DNA from: Eledone cirrhosa
Taxonomy: Eukaryota
Length of the DNA: 64,000 bases
Direction: 5' to 3'
NCBI GenBank assembly: GCA_964016885.1
Contig: OZ024744.1
Location: 111,104,001 to 111,168,000, forward strand
A program made the translations under genes and the position numbers. Every line of letters starts with the position of its first letter. Within the stretch, counting starts at the first letter, position 1. The notes beneath the pieces were generated by a model that did no database searches, was not told the DNA's origin, and worked only from the letters and a program-made list of their open reading frames with translations. Below, in pieces: positions 1 to 15,710 of this stretch.

Positions 1-164
1 AACACAGTAAAACTACACAATCCACTATAACTTACTTTGCCATGAACACAGTAAAACTACACAATCCACTATAACTTAACTGGCCCTGAACACAGTAACA
101 CTACACAATCAACTATAACTTACCTTGCTCTGAACACAGTAAAACTACACAATGCACTATAACT

Positions 165-1836
165 TACTTTGCCATGAACACAGTAAAACTACACAATCCA
201 CTAAAACTTACCTTGCACTGAACACAGTAAAACTACACAATCCACTATAAATTACCTTGTTCTGAACACAGTAAAACTACACAATCCACTCTAACTTACC
301 TTGCCCGGACCAAAGTAAAACTACGTAATCCACTATACCTTACCTTGCCCTGAACACAGTGAAACTACACAATCAACTATAACTTACCTTGCTCTGAACA
401 CAGTAAAACTACACAATCCACTATAACTTACTTTGCCATGAACACAGTAAAACTACACAATCCACTATAACTTACCTTGTACTGAACACAGTAAAACTAC
501 ACAATCCACTATAACTTACCTTGCACTGAACACAGTAAAACTACACAATCCACTATAACTTAACTGGCCCTGAACACAGTAAAACTACACAATCCACTAT
601 AACTTAACTGGCCCTGAACACAGTAAAACTACAGAATCCACTATAACTTACCTTGCCCAGAACAAAGTAAAACTACGTAATCCACTATACCTTACCATGC
701 CCTGAACACAGTAAAACTACACAATCCACTATACCTTACCATGCCCTGAACACAGTAAAACTACACAATCCACTATAACTTACCTTGCCCTGAACACAGT
801 AAAACTACACAATCCTCTATAACTTACCTTGCTGTGAACACAGTAAAACTACACAATCCACTATGCCTTACCTTGCCCTGAACACAGTAAAACTACACAA
901 TCCTCTATAACTTACATTGCCCTGAACACAGTAAAACTACACAATCCACTATTACTTACATTGCTCTGAACACAGAAAAACTACACAATCCACTATAACT
1001 TACTTTGCCATGAACAGAGTAAAACTACACAATCCACTAAAACTTACCTTGCACTGAACACAGTAAAACTACACAATCCACTATAAATTACCTTGTTCTG
1101 AACACAGTAAAACTACACAATCCACTCTAACTTACCTTGCCCGGACCAAAGTAAAACTACGTAATCCACTATACCTTACCTTGCCCTGAACACAGTGAAA
1201 CTACACAATCAACTATAACTTACCTTGCTCTGAACACAGTAAAACTACACAATCCACTATAACTTACTTTGCCATGAACACAGTAAAACTACACAATCCA
1301 CTATAACTTACCTTGTACTGAACACAGTAAAACTACACAATCCACTATAACTTACCTTGCACTGAACACAGTAAAACTACACAATCCACTATAACTTAAC
1401 TGGCCCTGAACACAGTAAAACTACACAATCCACTATAACTTAACTGGCCCTGAACACAGTAAAACTACAGAATCCACTATAACTTACCTTGCCCAGAACA
1501 AAGTAAAACTACGTAATCCACTATACCTTACCATGCCCTGAACACAGTAAAACTACACAATCCACTATACCTTACCATGCCCTGAACACAGTAAAACTAC
1601 ACAATCCACTATAACTTACCTTGCCCTGAACACAGTAAAACTACACAATCCTCTATAACTTACCTTGCTGTGAACACAGTAAAACTACACAATCCACTAT
1701 GCCTTACCTTGCCCTGAACACAGTAAAACTACACAATCCTCTATAACTTACATTGCCCTGAACACAGTAAAACTACACAATCCACTATTACTTACATTGC
1801 TCTGAACACAGAAAAACTACACAATCCACTATAACT
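165..1836. repeat. Tandem duplication of a 19-monomer (836-bp) higher-order unit; the same pair recurs at about 3950-5620
   Basis: The rare marker GGACCAAAG occurs at 307 and 1143 (offset 836), and again at 4091 and 4927 (offset 836). The flanking order of variants is identical. Boundaries are approximate. Confidence 0.85.
746..804 (-). other. Representative splice-signal-like cassette of the monomer: acceptor, 6-nt GGCAAG, donor, 38-nt GT-AG segment (motif match only; function unproven)
   Basis: The reverse complement reads TTTTACTGTGTTCAG (804-790) | GGCAAG (789-784) | GTAAGTTATAGTGGATTGTGTAGTTTTACTGTGTTCAG (783-746). The cassette recurs every 44 bp through the window. Confidence 0.4.
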
Positions 1837-2420
1837 TAACTGGCCCTGAACACAGTAACACTACACAATCCACTCTAACTTACCTTGCCCAGAACAAAGT
1901 ATAACTACGTAATCCACTATACCTTACCTTGCCCTGAACACAGTCAAACTACACAATCCACTATAGCTTACATTGCTCTGAACACAGTAAAACTACACAA
2001 TCCACTATAGCTTACCTTGCCCTGAACACAGTAAAACTACACAATCCACTATAGCTTACCTTGCCCTGAACACAGAAAAACTAAACAATCCACTATAACT
2101 TACATTGCCCTGAACACAGTAAAACTACACAATCCACTATAAATTACCTTGCTCTGAACACAGTGAAATTACACAATCCACTATAACTTACTTTGCCATG
2201 AACACAGTAAAACTACACAATCCACTACAACTTACCTTGCACTGAACACAGTAAAACTACACAATCCACTATAAATTACCTTCCTCTGAACACAGTAAAA
2301 CTACACAATCCACTATAACTTAACTGGCCCTGAACACAGTAACACTACACAATCCACTCTAACTTACCTTGCCCAGAACAAAGTATAACTACGTAATCCA
2401 CTATACCTTACCTTGCCCTG

Positions 2421-5400
2421 AACACAGTCAAACTACACAATCCACTATACCTTACTTTGCTCTGAACACAGTAGAACTACACAATCCACTATACCTTACC
2501 TTGGCCTGAACACAGTAAAACTACACAATCCACTATAACTTACCTTGCTCTGAACACAGTAAAACTACACAATCCACTATAACTTACCTTGCTCTGAACA
2601 CAGTAAAACTACACAATCCACTATAAATTACCTTGCTCTGAACACAGTAAAACTACACAATCCACTATAACTTACCTTGCTCTGAACACAGTAAAACTAC
2701 ACAATCCACTATAACTTACTTTGCCATGAACACAGTAAAACTACACAATCCACTATAACTTACTTTGCCATGAACACAGTAAAACTACACAATCCACTAT
2801 ACCTTACCTTGGCCTGAACACAGTAAAACTACACAATCCACTATAGCTTACATTGCTCAGAACACAGTAAAACTACACAATCCATTATAGCTTACCTTGC
2901 CCTGAAAACAGTGGAACTACACAATCCACTATAAATTACCTTGCTCTGAACACAGTAAAACTACACAATCCACTATAACTTAACTTGCTCTGAACACAGT
3001 AAAACTACACAATCCACTATAACTTACCTTGCTCTGAACACAGTAAAACTACACAATCCACTATAACTTACTTTGCCATGAACACAGTAAAACTACACAA
3101 TCCACTATAACTTACCTTGCACTGAACACAGTAAAACTACACAATCCACTATAGTTTACCTTGCCCTGAACACAGTAAAACTACACAATCCACAATAACG
3201 TACCTTGCCCTGAACACAGTAAAACTACTTAATTCACTATAACTTACCTTGCTCTGAACACAGTAAAACTACACAATCCACTATACCTTACCTTGCCCTG
3301 AACACAGTAAAACTACACAATCCACTAAAACTTACCTTGTTCTGAACACAGTAAAACTACACAATCCACTCTAACTTACCTTGCCCGGAACAAAGTAAAA
3401 CTACGTAATCCACTATACCTTACCTTGCCCTGAACACAATGAAACTACACAATCCACTATAACTTACCTTGCTCTGAACACAGTAAAACTACACAATCCA
3501 CTATAAATTACCTTGCCCTGAACACAGTAAAACTACACAATCCACTATTACTTACCTTGCCCTGAACACAGAATAACTACACAATCCACTATAACTTAAC
3601 TGGCCCTGAACACAGTAAAACTACACAATCCACTATTACTTACCTTGCTCTGAACACAGTAAAACTACACAATCCACTATTACTTACCTTGCTCTGAACA
3701 CAGAAAAACTACACAATCCACTATAACCTACTTTGCCATGAACACAGTAAAACTACACAATCCACTATTACTTACCTTGCTCTGAACACAGAAAAACTAC
3801 ACAATCCACTATAACTTACTTTGCCATGAACACAGTAAAACTACACAATCCACTATAACTTAACTGGCCCTGAACACAGTAACACTACACAATCAACTAT
3901 AACTTACCTTGCTCTGAACACAGTAAAACTACACAATGCACTATAACTTACTTTGCCATGAACACAGTAAAACTACACAATCCACTAAAACTTACCTTGC
4001 ACTGAACACAGTAAAACTACACAATCCACTATAAATTACCTTGTTCTGAACACAGTAAAACTACACAATCCACTCTAACTTACCTTGCCCGGACCAAAGT
4101 AAAACTACGTAATCCACTATACCTTACCTTGCCCTGAACACAGTGAAACTACACAATCAACTATAACTTACCTTGCTCTGAACACAGTAAAACTACACAA
4201 TCCACTATAACTTACTTTGCCATGAACACAGTAAAACTACACAATCCACTATAACTTACCTTGTACTGAACACAGTAAAACTACACAATCCACTATAACT
4301 TACCTTGCACTGAACACAGTAAAACTACACAATCCACTATAACTTAACTGGCCCTGAACACAGTAAAACTACACAATCCACTATAACTTAACTGGCCCTG
4401 AACACAGTAAAACTACAGAATCCACTATAACTTACCTTGCCCAGAACAAAGTAAAACTACGTAATCCACTATACCTTACCATGCCCTGAACACAGTAAAA
4501 CTACACAATCCACTATACCTTACCATGCCCTGAACACAGTAAAACTACACAATCCACTATAACTTACCTTGCCCTGAACACAGTAAAACTACACAATCCT
4601 CTATAACTTACCTTGCTGTGAACACAGTAAAACTACACAATCCACTATGCCTTACCTTGCCCTGAACACAGTAAAACTACACAATCCTCTATAACTTACA
4701 TTGCCCTGAACACAGTAAAACTACACAATCCACTATTACTTACATTGCTCTGAACACAGAAAAACTACACAATCCACTATAACTTACTTTGCCATGAACA
4801 GAGTAAAACTACACAATCCACTAAAACTTACCTTGCACTGAACACAGTAAAACTACACAATCCACTATAAATTACCTTGTTCTGAACACAGTAAAACTAC
4901 ACAATCCACTCTAACTTACCTTGCCCGGACCAAAGTAAAACTACGTAATCCACTATACCTTACCTTGCCCTGAACACAGTGAAACTACACAATCAACTAT
5001 AACTTACCTTGCTCTGAACACAGTAAAACTACACAATCCACTATAACTTACTTTGCCATGAACACAGTAAAACTACACAATCCACTATAACTTACCTTGT
5101 ACTGAACACAGTAAAACTACACAATCCACTATAACTTACCTTGCACTGAACACAGTAAAACTACACAATCCACTATAACTTAACTGGCCCTGAACACAGT
5201 AAAACTACACAATCCACTATAACTTAACTGGCCCTGAACACAGTAAAACTACAGAATCCACTATAACTTACCTTGCCCAGAACAAAGTAAAACTACGTAA
5301 TCCACTATACCTTACCATGCCCTGAACACAGTAAAACTACACAATCCACTATACCTTACCATGCCCTGAACACAGTAAAACTACACAATCCACTATAACT

Positions 5401-8400
5401 TACCTTGCCCTGAACACAGTAAAACTACACAATCCTCTATAACTTACCTTGCTGTGAACACAGTAAAACTACACAATCCACTATGCCTTACCTTGCCCTG
5501 AACACAGTAAAACTACACAATCCTCTATAACTTACATTGCCCTGAACACAGTAAAACTACACAATCCACTATTACTTACATTGCTCTGAACACAGAAAAA
5601 CTACACAATCCACTATAACTTACTTTGCCATGAACAGAGTAAAACTACACAATCCACTACAACTTACCTTGCACTGAACACAGTAAAACTACACAATCCA
5701 CTATAAATTACCTTCCTCTGAACACAGTAAAACTACACAATCCACTATAACTTAACTGGCCCTGAACACAGTAACACTACACAATCCACTCTAACTTACC
5801 TTGCCCAGAACAAAGTATAACTACGTAATCCACTATACCTTACCTTGCCCTGAACACAGTCAAACTACACAATCCACTATAGCTTACATTGCTCTGAACA
5901 CAGTAAAACTACACAATCCACTATAGCTTACCTTGCCCTGAACACAGTAAAACTACACAATCCACTATAGCTTACCTTGCCCTGAACACAGAAAAACTAA
6001 ACAATCCACTATAACTTACATTGCCCTGAACACAGTAAAACTACACAATCCACTATAAATTACCTTGCTCTGAACACAGTAAAATTACACAATCCACTAT
6101 AACTTACTTTGCCATGAACACAGTAAAACTACACAATCCACTACAACTTACCTTGCACTGAACACAGTAAAACTACACAATCCACTATAAATTACCTTCC
6201 TCTGAACACAGTAAAACTACACAATCCACTATAACTTAACTGGCCCTGAACACAGTAACACTACACAATCCACTCTAACTTACCTTGCCCAGAACAAAGT
6301 ATAACTACGTAATCCACTATACCTTACCTTGCCCTGAACACAGTCAAACTACACAATCCACTATAGCTTACATTGCTCTGAACACAGTAAAACTACACAA
6401 TCCACTATAGCTTACCTTGCCCTGAACACAGTAAAACTACACAATCCACTATAGCTTACCTTGCCCTGAACACAGAAAAACTAAACAATCCACTATAACT
6501 TACATTGCCCTGAACACAGTAAAACTACACAATCCACTATAAATTACCTTGCTCTGAACACAGTAAAATTACACAATCCACTATAACTTACCTTGCTCTG
6601 AACACAGTAAAATTACACAATCCACTATAACTTACTTTGCCATGAACACAGTAAAACTACACGATCCACTACAACTTACCTTGCACTGAACACAGTAAAA
6701 CTACACAATCCACTATAAATTACCTTCCTCTGAACACAGTAAAACTACACAATCCACTATAACTTAACTGGCCCTGAACACAGTAACACTACACAATCCA
6801 CTCTAACTTACCTTGCCCAGAACAAAGTATAACTACGTAATCCACTATACCTTACCTTGCCCTGAACACAGTCAAACTACACAATCCACTATAGCTTACA
6901 TTGCTCTGAACACAGTAAAACTACACAATCCACTATAGCTTACCTTGCCCTGAACACAGTAAAACTACACAATCCACTATAGCTTACCTTGCCCTGAACA
7001 CAGTAAAACTACACAATCCACTATACCTTACTTTGCTCTGAACACAGTAGAACTACACAATCCACTATACCTTACCTTGGCCTGAACACAGTAAAACTAC
7101 ACAATCCACTATAACTTACCTTGCTCTGAACACAGTAAAACTACACAATCCACTATAACTTACCTTGCTCTGAACACAGTAAAACTACACAATCCACTAT
7201 AAATTACCTTGCTCTGAACACAGTAAAACTACACAATCCACTATAACTTACCTTGCTCTGAACACAGTAAAACTACACAATCCACTATAACTTACTTTGC
7301 CATGAACACAGTAAAACTACACAATCCACTATAACTTACTTTGCCATGAACACAGTAAAACTACACAATCCACTATACCTTACCTTGGCCTGAACACAGT
7401 AAAACTACACAATCCACTATAGCTTACATTGCTCTGAACACAGTAAAACTACACAATCCATTATAGCTTACCTTGCCCTGAAAACAGTGGAACTACACAA
7501 TCCACTATAAATTACCTTGCTCTGAACACAGTAAAACTACACAATCCACTATAACTTAACTTGCTCTGAACACAGTAAAACTACACAATCCACTATAACT
7601 TACCTTGCTCTGAACACAGTAAAACTACACAATCCACTATAACTTACTTTGCCATGAACACAGTAAAACTACACAATCCACTATAACTTACCTTGCACTG
7701 AACACAGTAAAACTACACAATCCACTATAGTTTACCTTGCCCTGAACACAGTAAAACTACACAATCCACAATAACGTACCTTGCCCTGAACACAGTAAAA
7801 CTACTTAATTCACTATAACTTACCTTGCTCTGAACACAGTAAAACTACACAATCCACTATACCTTACCTTGCCCTGAACACAGTAAAACTACACAATCCA
7901 CTAAAACTTACCTTGTTCTGAACACAGTAAAACTACACAATCCACTCTAACTTACCTTGCCCGGAACAAAGTAAAACTACGTAATCCACTATACCTTACC
8001 TTGCCCTGAACACAATGAAACTACACAATCCACTATAACTTACCTTGCTCTGAACACAGTAAAACTACACAATCCACTATAAATTACCTTGCCCTGAACA
8101 CAGTAAAACTACACAATCCACTATTACTTACCTTGCCCTGAACACAGAATAACTACACAATCCACTATAACTTAACTGGCCCTGAACACAGTAAAACTAC
8201 ACAATCCACTATTACTTACCTTGCTCTGAACACAGTAAAACTACACAATCCACTATTACTTACCTTGCTCTGAACACAGAAAAACTACACAATCCACTGT
8301 AACCTACTTTGCCATGAACACAGTAAAACTACACAATCCACTATTACTTACCTTGCTCTGAACACAGAAAAACTACACAATCCACTATAACTTACTTTGC

Positions 8401-9000
8401 CATGAACACAGTAAAACTACACAATCCACTATAACTTAACTGGCCCTGAACACAGTAACACTACACAATCAACTATAACTTACCTTGCTCTGAACACAGT
8501 AAAACTACACAATGCACTATAACTTACTTTGCCATGAACACAGTAAAACTACACAATCCACTAAAACTTACCTTGCACTGAACACAGTAAAACTACACAA
8601 TCCACTATAAATTACCTTGTTCTGAACACAGTAAAACTACACAATCCACTCTAACTTACCTTGCCCGGAACAAAGTAAAACTACGTAATCCACTATACCT
8701 TACCTTGCCCTGAACACAGTGAAACTACACAATCCACTATAACTTACCTTGCTCTGAACACAGTAAAACTACACAATCCACTATAACTTACTTTGCCATG
8801 AACACAGTAAAACTACACAATCCACTATAACTTACCTTGTACTGAACACAGTAAAACTACACAATCCACTATAACTTACCTTGCACTGAACACAGTAAAA
8901 CTACACAATCCACTATAACTTAACTGGCCCTGAACACAGTAAAACTACACAATCCACTATAACTTAACTGGCCCTGAACACAGTAAAACTACAGAATCCA
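2421..9000. repeat. Segmental duplication within the array, about 2421-4430 matching about 6997-9000 (offset 4576 bp = 104 monomers)
   Basis: The GTAGAAC monomer starts at 2465 and 7041. The marker CACAATAACG occurs at 3191 and 7767. Both offsets are 4576. Confidence 0.8.
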
Positions 9001-12000
9001 CTATACCTTACCATGCCCTGAACACAGTAAAACTACACAATCCACTATACCTTACCATGCCCTGAACACAGTAAAACTACACAATCCACTATAGCTTACC
9101 TTGCCCTGAACACAGAAAAACTAAACAATCCACTATAACTTACATTGCCCTGAACACAGTAAAACTACACAATCCACTATAAATTACCTTGCTCTGAACA
9201 CAGTAAAATTACACAATCCACTATAACTTACCTTGCTCTGAACACAGTAAACCTACACAATCCACTATAAATTACCTTGCCCTGAACACAGTAAAATTAC
9301 ACAATCCACTATAAGTTACCTTGCTCTGAACACAGTAAAACAACACAATCCACTATAACTTACCATGCGCTGAACACAGTAAAACTAAACAATCCACTAT
9401 AACTTACATTGCCCTGAACACAGTAAAATTACACAAACCACTATAAATTACCTTGCCCGGAACACAGTAAAACTACACAATCCACTATAAATTACCTTGC
9501 CCTGAACACAGTAAAACTACACAATCCACTATAACTTACCTTGCCCTGGACACAGTAAAACTACACAATCCACTATAACTTACCTTGCTCTGAACACAGT
9601 AAAACTACACAATCCACTATACCTTACCTTGGCCTGAACACAGTAAAACTACACAATCCACTATAGCTTACATTGCTCTGAACACAGTAAAACTACACAA
9701 TCCATTATAGCTTACCTTGCCCTGAAAACAGTGGAACTACACAATCCACTATAAATTACCTTGCTCTGAACACAGTAAAACTACACAATCCACTATAACT
9801 TACCTTGCTCTGAACACGGTAAAACTACACAATCCACTATAACTTACCTTGCTCTGAACACAGTAAAACTACACAATCCACTATAACTTACTTTGTCATG
9901 AACACAGTAAAACTACACAATCCACTATAACTTACCTTGCACTGAACACAGTAAAACTACACAATCCACTATAGTTTACCTTGCCCTGAACACAGTAAAA
10001 CTACACAATCCACAATAACGTACCTTGCCCTGAACACAGTAAAACTACTTAATTCACTATAACTTACCTTGCTCTGAACACAGTAAAACTACACAATCCA
10101 CTATACCTTACCTTGCCCTGAACACAGTAAAACTACACAATCCACTATAGCTTACATTGCTCTGAACACAGTAAAACTACACAATCCACTATAAATTACC
10201 TTGCCCTGAACACAGTAAAACTACACAATCCACTATTACTTACCTTGCCCTGAACACAGAATAACTACACAATCCACTATAACTTAACTGGCCCTGAACA
10301 CAGTAAAACTACACAATCCACTATTACTTACCTTGCTCTGAACACAGTAAAACTACACAATCCACTATTACTTACCTTGCTCTGAACACAGAAAAACTAC
10401 ACAATCCACTATAACTTAATTTGCCATGAACACAGTAAAACTACACAATCCACTATTACTTACCTTGCTCTGAACATAGAAAAACTACACAATCCACTAT
10501 AACTTACTTTGCCATGAACACAGTAAAACTACACAATCCACTATAACTTAACTGGCCCTGAACACAGTGACACTACACAATCAACTATAACTTACCTTGC
10601 TCTGAACACAGTAAAACTACACAATGCACTATAACTTACTTTGCCATGAACACAGTAAAACTACACAATCCACTAAAACTTACCTTGCACTGAACACAGT
10701 AAAACTACACAATCCACTATAACAAACATTGCCCGGAACAAAGTAAAACTACGTAATCCACTATACCTTACCTTGCCCTGAACACAGTGAAACTAAACAA
10801 TCCACTATAACTTACCTTGCTCTGAACACAGTAAAACTACACAATCCACTATACCTTACCTTGCCCTGAACACAGTAAAACTACATAATCCACTATAGTT
10901 TACCTTGCCCTGAACACAATAAAACTACACAATCCACTATAAATTACCTTGCTCTGAACACAATAAAACTACAGAATCCACTATAACTTAACTGGCCCTG
11001 AACACAGTAAAACTACACAATCCACTATAACTTACCTTGCCCTGAACACAGTAAAACTACACAATCCACTATAACAAACATTGCCCTGAACACGGTAAAA
11101 CTACACAAACCACTATAAATTACCTTGCCCTGAACACAGTAAAACTACATAATCCACTATAGTTTACCTTGCCCTGAACACAATAAAACTACACAATCCA
11201 CTATAACGTACCTTGCCCTGAACACAGTAAAACTACTTAATTCACTATAACTTACCTTGCTCTGAACACAGTAAAACTACACAATCCACTATACCTTACC
11301 TTGCCCTGAACACAGTAAAACTACACAATCCACTATAACTTACCTTGCCCTGAACACAGTAAAACTACACAATCCTCTATAACTTACCTTGCTGTGAACA
11401 CAGTAAAACTACACAATCCACTATGCCTTACCTTGCCCTGAACACAGTAAAACTACACAATCCTCTATAACTTACATTGCCCTGAACACAGTAAAACTAC
11501 ACAATCCACTATTACTTACATTGCTCTGAACACAGAAAAACTACACAATCCACTATAACTTACTTTGCCATGAACAGAGTAAAACTACACAATCCACTAC
11601 AACTTACCTTGCACTGAACACAGTAAAACTACACAATCCACTATAAATTACCTTCCTCTGAACACAGTAAAACTACACAATCCACTATAACTTAACTGGC
11701 CCTGAACACAGTAACACTACACAATCCACTCTAACTTACCTTGCCCAGAACAAAGTATAACTACGTAATCCACTATACCTTACCTTGCCCTGAACACAGT
11801 CAAACTACACAATCCACTATAGCTTACCTTGCCCTGAACACAATGAAACTACACAATCCACTATAACTTACCTTGCTCTGAACACAGTAAAACTACACAA
11901 TCCACTATAAATTACCTTGCCCTGAACACAGTAAAACTACACAATCCACTATTACTTACCTTGCCCTGAACACAGAATAACTACACAATCCACTATAACT

Positions 12001-15000
12001 TAACTGGCCCTGAACACAGTAAAACTACACAATCCACTATTACTTACCTTGCTCTGAACACAGTAAAACTACACAATCCACTATTACTTACCTTGCTCTG
12101 AACACAGAAAAACTACACAATCCACTATAACCTACTTTGCCATGAACACAGTAAAACTACACAATCCACTATTACTTACCTTGCTCTGAACACAGAAAAA
12201 CTACACAATCCACTATAACTTACTTTGCCATGAACACAGTAAAACTACACAATCCACTATAACTTAACTGGCCCTGAACACAGTAACACTACACAATCAA
12301 CTATAACTTACCTTGCTCTGAACACAGTAAAACTACACAATGCACTATAACTTACTTTGCCATGAACACAGTAAAACTACACAATCCACTAAAACTTACC
12401 TTGCACTGAACACAGTAAAACTACACAATCCACTATAAATTACCTTGTTCTGAACACAGTAAAACTACACAATCCACTCTAACTTACCTTGCCCGGAACA
12501 AAGTAAAACTACGTAATCCACTATACCTTACCTTGCCCTGAACACAGTGAAACTACACAATCCACTATAACTTACCTTGCTCTGAACACAGTAAAACTAC
12601 ACAATCCACTATAACTTACTTTGCCATGAACACAGTAAAACTACACAATCCACTATAACTTAACTGGCCCTGAACACAGTAACACTACACAATCAACTAT
12701 AACTTACCTTGCTCTGAACACAGTAAAACTACACAATGCACTATAACTTACTTTGCCATGAACACAGTAAAACTACACAATCCACTAAAACTTACCTTGC
12801 ACTGAACACAGTAAAACTACACAATCCACTATAAATTACCTTGTTCTGAACACAGTAAAACTACACAATCCACTCTAACTTACCTTGCCCGGACCAAAGT
12901 AAAACTACGTAATCCACTATACCTTACCTTGCCCTGAACACAGTGAAACTACACAATCAACTATAACTTACCTTGCTCTGAACACAGTAAAACTACACAA
13001 TCCACTATAACTTACTTTGCCATGAACACAGTAAAACTACACAATCCACTATAACTTACCTTGTACTGAACACAGTAAAACTACACAATCCACTATAACT
13101 TACCTTGCACTGAACACAGTAAAACTACACAATCCACTTTAACTTAACTGGCCCTGAACACAGTAAAACTACACAATCCACTATAACTTAACTGGCCCTG
13201 AACACAGTAAAACTACAGAATCCACTATAACTTACCTTGCCCAGAACAAAGTAAAACTACGTAATCCACTATACCTTACCATGCCCTGAACACAGTAAAA
13301 CTACACAATCCACTATACCTTACCATGCCCTGAACACAGTAAAACTACACAATCCACTATAGCTTACCTTGCCCTGAACACAGAAAAACTAAACAATCCA
13401 CTATAACTTACATTGCCCTGAACACAGTAAAACTACACGATCCACTATAAATTACCTTGCTCTGAACACAGTAAAATTACACAATCCACTATAACTTACC
13501 TTGCTCTGAACACAGTAAACCTACACAATCCACTATAAATTACCTTGCCCTGAACACAGTAAAATTACACAATCCACTATAAGTTACCTTGCTCTGAACA
13601 CAGTAAAACAACACAATCCACTATAACTTACCATGCGCTGAACACAGTAAAACTAAACAATCCACTATAACTTACATTGCCCTGAACACAGTAAAATTAC
13701 ACAAACCACTATAAATTACCTTGCCCGGAACACAGTAAAACTACACAATCCACTATAAATTACCTTGCCCTGAACACAGTAAAACTACACAATCCACTAT
13801 AACTTACCTTGCCCTGGACACAGTAAAACTACACAATCCACTATAACTTACCTTGCTCTGAACACAGTAAAACTACACAATCCACTATACCTTACCTTAG
13901 CCTGAACACAGTAAAACTACACAATCCACTATAGCTTACATTGCTCTGAACACAGTAAAACTACACAATCCATTATAGCTTACCTTGCCCTGAAAACAGT
14001 GGAACTACACAATCCACTATAAATTACCTTGCTCTGAACACAGTAAAACTACACAATCCACTATAACTTACCTTGCTCTGAACACGGTAAAACTACACAA
14101 TCCACTATAACTTACCTTGCTCTGAACACAGTAAAACTACACAATCCACTATAACTTACTTTGTCATGAACACAGTAAAACTACACAATCCACTATAACT
14201 TACCTTGCACTGAACACAGTAAAACTACACAATCCACTATAGTTTACCTTGCCCTGAACACAGTAAAACTACACAATCCACAATAACGTACCTTGCCCTG
14301 AACACAGTAAAACTACTTAATTCACTATAACTTACCTTGCTCTGAACACAGTAAAACTACACAATCCACTATACCTTACCTTGCCCTGAACACAGTAAAA
14401 CTACACAATCCACTATAGCTTACATTGCTCTGAACACAGTAAAACTACACAATCCACTATAAATTACCTTGCCCTGAACACAGTAAAACTACACAATCCA
14501 CTATTACTTACCTTGCCCTGAACACAGAATAACTACACAATCCACTATAACTTAACTGGCCCTGAACACAGTAAAACTACACAATCCACTATTACTTACC
14601 TTGCTCTGAACACAGTAAAACTACACAATCCACTATTACTTACCTTGCTCTGAACACAGAAAAACTACACAATCCACTATAACTTAATTTGCCATGAACA
14701 CAGTAAAACTACACAATCCACTATTACTTACCTTGCTCTGAACATAGAAAAACTACACAATCCACTATAACTTACTTTGCCATGAACACAGTAAAACTAC
14801 ACAATCCACTATAACTTAACTGGCCCTGAACACAGTGACACTACACAATCAACTATAACTTACCTTGCTCTGAACACAGTAAAACTACACAATGCACTAT
14901 AACTTACTTTGCCATGAACACAGTAAAACTACACAATCCACTAAAACTTACCTTGCACTGAACACAGTAAAACTACACAATCCACTATAACAAACATTGC

Positions 15001-15710
15001 CCGGAACAAAGTAAAACTACGTAATCCACTATACCTTACCTTGCCCTGAACACAGTGAAACTAAACAATCCACTATAACTTACCTTGCTCTGAACACAGT
15101 AAAACTACACAATCCACTATACCTTACCTTGCCCTGAACACAGTAAAACTACATAATCCACTATAGTTTACCTTGCCCTGAACACAATAAAACTACACAA
15201 TCCACTATAAATTACCTTGCTCTGAACACAATAAAACTACAGAATCCACTATAACTTAACTGGCCCTGAACACAGTAAAACTACACAATCCACTATAACT
15301 TACCTTGCCCTGAACACAGTAAAACTACACAATCCACTATAACAAACATTGCCCTGAACACGGTAAAACTACACAAACCACTATAAATTACCTTGCCCTG
15401 AACACAGTAAAACTACATAATCCACTATAGTTTACCTTGCCCTGAACACAATAAAACTACACAATCCACTATAACGTACCTTGCCCTGAACACAGTAAAA
15501 CTACTTAATTCACTATAACTTACCTTGCTCTGAACACAGTAAAACTACACAATCCACTATACCTTATCTTGCCCTGAACACAGTAAAACTACACAATCCA
15601 CTATAACTTACCTTGCCCTGAACACAGTAAAACTACACAATCCTCTATAACTTACCTTGCTGTGAACACAGTAAAACTACACAATCCACTATGCCTTACC
15701 TTGCCCTGAA
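9000..15710. repeat. Segmental duplication within the array, about 9000-11440 matching about 13270-15710 (offset 4268 bp = 97 monomers)
   Basis: Rare markers CCATGCGC (9363/13631), GTCATG (9895/14163) and AACATAGA (10473/14741) all show an offset of 4268. Confidence 0.85.

Noticed and set aside
1-44. Internal 11- or 22-bp sub-repeat within the monomer
   Set aside because: Only short echoes (ACTAC, ACTAT, ACTTAC) occur, at irregular spacing. Halves and quarters do not align convincingly.
246-251. TATA-box-like TATAAA in some monomers
   Set aside because: It is a single-base variant of the satellite's TATAAC, with no promoter context or downstream gene.
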